Shown here: one piece after another, positions 59,560 to 64,000 of the stretch
Layout: every line of letters begins with the position of its first letter
How positions within the stretch are numbered: position 1 is the first letter of the stretch
NCBI GenBank assembly: GCA_950097015.1
Contig: CATNEN010000007.1
Coordinates: 11,594,001-11,658,000, forward strand
Direction: 5' to 3'
DNA length: 64,000 nt
Source of the DNA: Macrostomum hystrix
Lineage: Eukaryota > Animalia > Platyhelminthes
The notes under the pieces: model-generated
Told to the model about the DNA's origin: nothing
The model's input: only the letters and a program-made list of their open reading frames with translations
Databases searched by the model: none
Program-made: the position numbers and the translations under genes

Positions 59560-62361
59560 ATGAAGCTGTCCCCCCTAAGCCGAAACCGAAAACAGAGGGT
59601 TGTCCCAAAGCCTTTAGTAGCAGCCTCAGGTGAAGCGAAAGCCATGCACTGGGCAGGTGGCAGGGAGTGAATTTGAACAGTCCCACCGGACCAGCTGTAC
59701 CTCTCCTCCCCTACCCACCGCGCAGTGGAGGAGGCGCCGTCCGCCACGCCTCGGTGGCACCCGGCCGAGAATTTCCACCGGGACTATAGGCTGGGCCGCG
59801 AGATCGGCAGCGGCGGCTTTGGCCGAGTCTTTCATGGTGTTCGCGTTGTCGACGGAGCCGAGGTGGCTGTCAAGATTATTCAGAAGGAGAAGATGTCGGC
59901 GAATTCCTGGCACCGGCTGGTGAGTCCCACCTTCTGTGTCCAGCTTTCAATGTATGCTGTATCCCAGTTTCCGAGTCCCAATGCCAGTTTCCGAGTCCCA
60001 ATGCCAGTTTCCGAGTCCCAATGCCAGTTTCCGAGTCCCAATGCCAGTTTTCGAGTCCCAATGCCAGTTTTCGAGTCCCAATGCCAGTTTCCGAGTCCCA
60101 ATGCCAGTTTCCGAGTCCCAACAGCTCCGCCCGTATCTCCATGCAGGCCAACGGGCAGCGCTTGCCAGTGGAGATTGTGCTGCTGCAGCGCTGCCGCAAC
60201 ATTCCGGGGGTCGTGCACCCCGTCGGCTACTACGAGGGCGCCAGGGAGTGGGTGATCGTGATGAAGAAGATCCGCTGCTGCAAGGACCTGTTCGATTACA
60301 TCTCGGACAAGAAGTTCCTTGAGGAGGCCGAGGCCAAGCTGTTCATGCGGCAGCTGCTGCACACCCTGCTGCACTGCCACCGGGCTGGCATCCTGCACCG
60401 CGACATCAAGGACGAGAACCTGCTGGTGAATCTGGCCGAGGGCACCATCCACCTCATCGACTTCGGTTCGGGCGCATTCCTCAGGGACGCGGACTACACC
60501 GACTTTGATGGTGAGCGGGCCATCGATTTGCCACATGCGATTAGGTGGGCACAAGGACTGTTGTCCAGTGGTCCTTGGTTGGGCCCAAGGACTGCTGTCC
60601 AGTGGTCCTTGGTTGGGCCCAAGGACTGTTGTCTAGTGGTCCTTGGTTGGGCCCAAGGACTGCTGTCCAGTGGTCCTTGGTTGAGCACAAGGACTGCTGT
60701 CCAGTGGTCCTTGGTTGGGTCCAAGGACTGTTGTCCAGTGGTCCTTGGTTGGGCACAAGGACTGCTGTCCAGTGGTCCTTGGTTGGGCCCAAGGACTGTT
60801 GTCCAGTGGTCCTTGGTTTGGCACTGAGGCTCAGCCTGCTCTCCCTCCCTCTGTCCTGTGGGCTGTGGTCATCGCCGTGCGCACGTTGGCACTTTTCATT
60901 CTCATTCTATACCGTTCTTTATAAAGCAGCTGATATAACAATGGCTAATTTTGCTAAGTGCACATGAGGCACTGAGTATGAAACTATGAGCTAATCTCAG
61001 GTGCAAGCCGCAATATCTATCATATCGATAATAACTAGACAAACCAGCTGCGGGGGATGACTGATGCCAGCCGCCTTGGCAACGTGCATTTCTGCCTGAC
61101 TCAATCCGGTTTGACCAGTTTGGCATGCACAGATAGCCCGGCCGGCCCCCTTATCTCTCACTGCTCGCTGAGGACCCGCCGACCTTCACCTTCGGGGTGG
61201 GGGTGGGGCCGTCACGGGGCACTCCCTCTGCACTCAGTGCTCAAGTGTGTCTCCATGCCGCATATTTTTACACCCTCCAGTCTGGCATGGGGCCGATCCC
61301 ATTTATGAGGGCTGCTGCTTGGTGAACCCTGAAACATGTTTGCATTTGTGAAATGCGCGAATGTGCCGAAATGAGTCAAGAGTACGAGAGCCGGGGATCG
61401 GTGCCGGAATTGATCTGCACTACCAGGCCGCCCTGTCCCCCATTTTTAATTACCCCAGCTGGGGGAGGGGGCGGGTGCTCAGTGGTGCATTTCCCCTCCG
61501 GCAGTGCAGGGCGGGGGTGACCAGGCGGGAACAGTGCACTTCGCAGATCCGCCCGCTAGCAAAACCCCCCAGCTGCGGGGTGGGCGGCCGGCAATGAGGC
61601 GGTGCCGCTGCACTTGCCGTTAGTCACCTGGCCTGGCAGGGACAGCCCTGGCGCTGACTCACCCTCCGCATCCCACCGCACTGGCAGGCACCCGCGTGTA
61701 CAGCCCGCCGGAGTGGATCCGCTGGCAGCGCTACAACGGCAAGAAGGCCGAGGTGTGGTCACTGGGCATCCTGCTCTTTGACATGGTCTGCGGCGACATT
61801 CCGTTCGAGCGGGACGACCAGATCTGCGCCTCCCGGCCATTGTTCAAGCGGAGGGTCAGCCCAGACTGCCGCGACCTAATCCACGCCTGCCTGAGCCCGG
61901 ATGCCCGCTTCCGGCCTACCATTGAGGAGATGCTGCGGCACCGCTGGTTTGTCGAGGAGCCCCAGCATCTGACGCAGATGATGCAGCAGCAGAGAATGCT
62001 ACAGCAGCAGCAGCAGCAGCAGCAGGTACCGCTGGCATTCGCTAGCAGGCCGATGGCAGCTTCGGCGGCCACCTCCGCCTCAGCTGTCTCGACCGTCACC
62101 GCCGCAGCCGCAGCCTCGTCAGTCTCAACGCTGCAGCCGCAGCATCCGGCGCCGCATCTGGTGCACTTCTCGTTGGCCAGCTCCGCTGAGTCGTCGGACT
62201 CACTTGAGGAGGTCGAGTCCGCCTCGTCCTGCTCGTCGGCTGCCGGCCCGGTCTTCTTCATTGGCGCCAGCGGCGGCAGCGGTGGCGGAGGTGGCGGCGG
62301 TGGCATCAGCAGCGGCATTCCATTCCTGCACCAGGACTCGGGCTACTTTGGCGCCAACTGA
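59560..62361 (+). CDS. PIM: PIM-family serine/threonine kinase, 4 exons
   Basis: Exons 59560-59629, 59726-59919, 60147-60510, 61688-62361. Motifs [81 protein letters not shown]. First exon less certain. Confidence 0.95.
59965..60120. repeat. 20-bp minisatellite in PIM intron 2
   Basis: Unit agtttccgagtcccaatgcc. Confidence 0.95.
60546..60822. repeat. 34-bp hairpin-forming minisatellite in PIM intron 3
   Basis: Unit ccaaggactgctgtccagtggtccttggttgggc, ~8 copies. Confidence 0.95.
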
Positions 62362-62822
62362 AGCGAGTTCGGGCGCTTTTATTGTCTGTGCAGCGAAGTG
62401 GTCGAGTCGGTCACATCGACATTAATTTCTGCGCATCCGATGCGCCCTGACAATTTTGCCTTTCTAATTGTACTTTTCACCCAGTCCCCAGCAGCTACTG
62501 TATGATTCGCTCTGTTGCCCTATTCGCTGGTGTGAAATCCACGGAGCAGAAGACTGGAGTCCCTGGTGGCCCCTCTGGCTGAACAGCTTCCGTGACTCGC
62601 TTTTCTCCGTTGAGCAGCAGCTCGCCTCGATGCCTCACCGCAATGATGTCCCATCTCCCATGTTGTCATGTTCGTCAGCATCTGTTCGCCGCTGTCGGCT
62701 GTCAGGAGCGTGGCGGCAGCTCCTGACCCCAACCGACCAGTCAATCCAGTGCCAGACGCGGATGCAAACCACACAGCGCCTACCTCTTCCGCCTCCTGCA
62801 GTCCCTTTGCATATCTGCCAGA

Positions 62823-62828
<6 letters not shown>

Positions 62829-62898
<70 letters not shown>
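62829..62898. repeat. (CTG)n trinucleotide repeat in the probable PIM 3' UTR
   Basis: About 22 tgc units. Confidence 0.93.
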
Positions 62899-62901
<3 letters not shown>

Positions 62902-64000
62902 GATTCGCTCGCTGATTTCAGTTTTGGCCAGTTTCTCTTTTGTTGTCCCGCTGCGGCTGCCCGGCAGTATTTCTCCCGCAGTTTTCGGCGCATTGTACAT
63001 TTAGTATGAGCTCAAATCACTCGACTGTCTTTTGTGTGTCCATTCATGTCTAACTGCCTATGCGATCCTGCACTGTTCCACAATCTCCTTAAGTCCCCAT
63101 GTAACTCGTCCATTGCACTCATCCCCAATTGATCACACCGGCCAGGCCTCGAGTCCTCTGAGCTGGCGGTCGTTGTTTTATGCATCTGCGCTCAATTTCT
63201 AGAGACAGATTTTATCATTAGCAGATTCTGTACAGCTTGCCCCAGTTTGTGTTGTAGCTGTGTTCCGTTGACAGAGGCATAGCAGAACAAAGACTTGCAT
63301 TGCTCAATTCTGCAGCGCCAGCCGCTCCCACCAACCTCAATCGATTAGGCTGCACCTGCAGCACCCGGCCTGTGCTGCATTGTACATTTTTGTTGTCAGA
63401 TTTTTCCCATCTCTGCTTGCGCATCGCCCTCCTGTTCGCTGTTCCGCTTACCATCTATGGCCCAGCTCACCAGGTGACCGGCAGCTCAGCTCAGTACAGG
63501 TAAAATGCCCCGGCTCTCGCACGGGTACCTAAATCAGTTTTATTCACTAGAGGCTGCTGTATTTCTCTCCACTGCTTTAACTTTTTTTAGTTTTAATTTT
63601 TTCCTGATTAATAACTTTTGATTTCTCGCTACTGCCTTGTCGTAAGCCCGCCTTGCAGCCCTGTACATAGCAGACTACTATCGCTTAATCCTGGATTTAA
63701 TCCCAACTCAAATACAAAGCGCTTTTATTTCACATTTAAGCACTATAAAATGTTTTATTGCCAACAAAAGCCCCCTTGAACAGTGTGGACTTGCTGCTGC
63801 CTTATCATTTCGGTGGAATGTGCGACGTCGAACAGGTCGACGGTCCCTGACGCCACTTCACTGACGCAAGTTCAGTGGCTGGCCGTGTGAAAAAAAATCA
63901 TTCCTGCGACGGCAAAGTACGCGGCCGCACTGGCGAGTGCCCACCCCTGCTCATGTGACACCGCATGGGAGCTGACCGGGGTCAGCCGAGGTGACCGCCC

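Noticed and set aside
62468-63009. PolyA/polyQ/polyC ORFs downstream of PIM
   Set aside because: Produced by a (CTG)n tract in a probable 3' UTR.

Overview
Eukaryotic (animal) genomic DNA with spliceosomal introns. The GC-rich exons and minisatellite-filled introns resemble the flatworm Macrostomum, but that is an inference. Genes reconstructed by hand: vasohibin (-, head-to-head with alpha-actinin); alpha-actinin (+, with a duplicated 79-nt exon); an orphan single-pass membrane protein; a 58-aa protamine-like basic protein missed by the ORF track; exportin-1/CRM1; an intronless, degenerate POT/SLC15-like transporter with a collapsed paralogous pseudogene beside it; three small DNxxNQxNP-repeat peptide genes (one frameshifted); an UNC-93-like MFS protein; an MS4A/CD20-like tetraspan with PPQQAGY repeats; a possible CARD-like remnant; and a PIM-family kinase. 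Also present are about 25 different minisatellites (mostly one private array per intron), two tRNA-derived SINE families (one CORE-type) and hAT-type MITE sequences. There is no CRISPR array or rRNA and no convincing tRNA gene. Exon boundaries were read by eye from GT/AG signals and homology, and family assignments come from recalled motifs rather than database searches.
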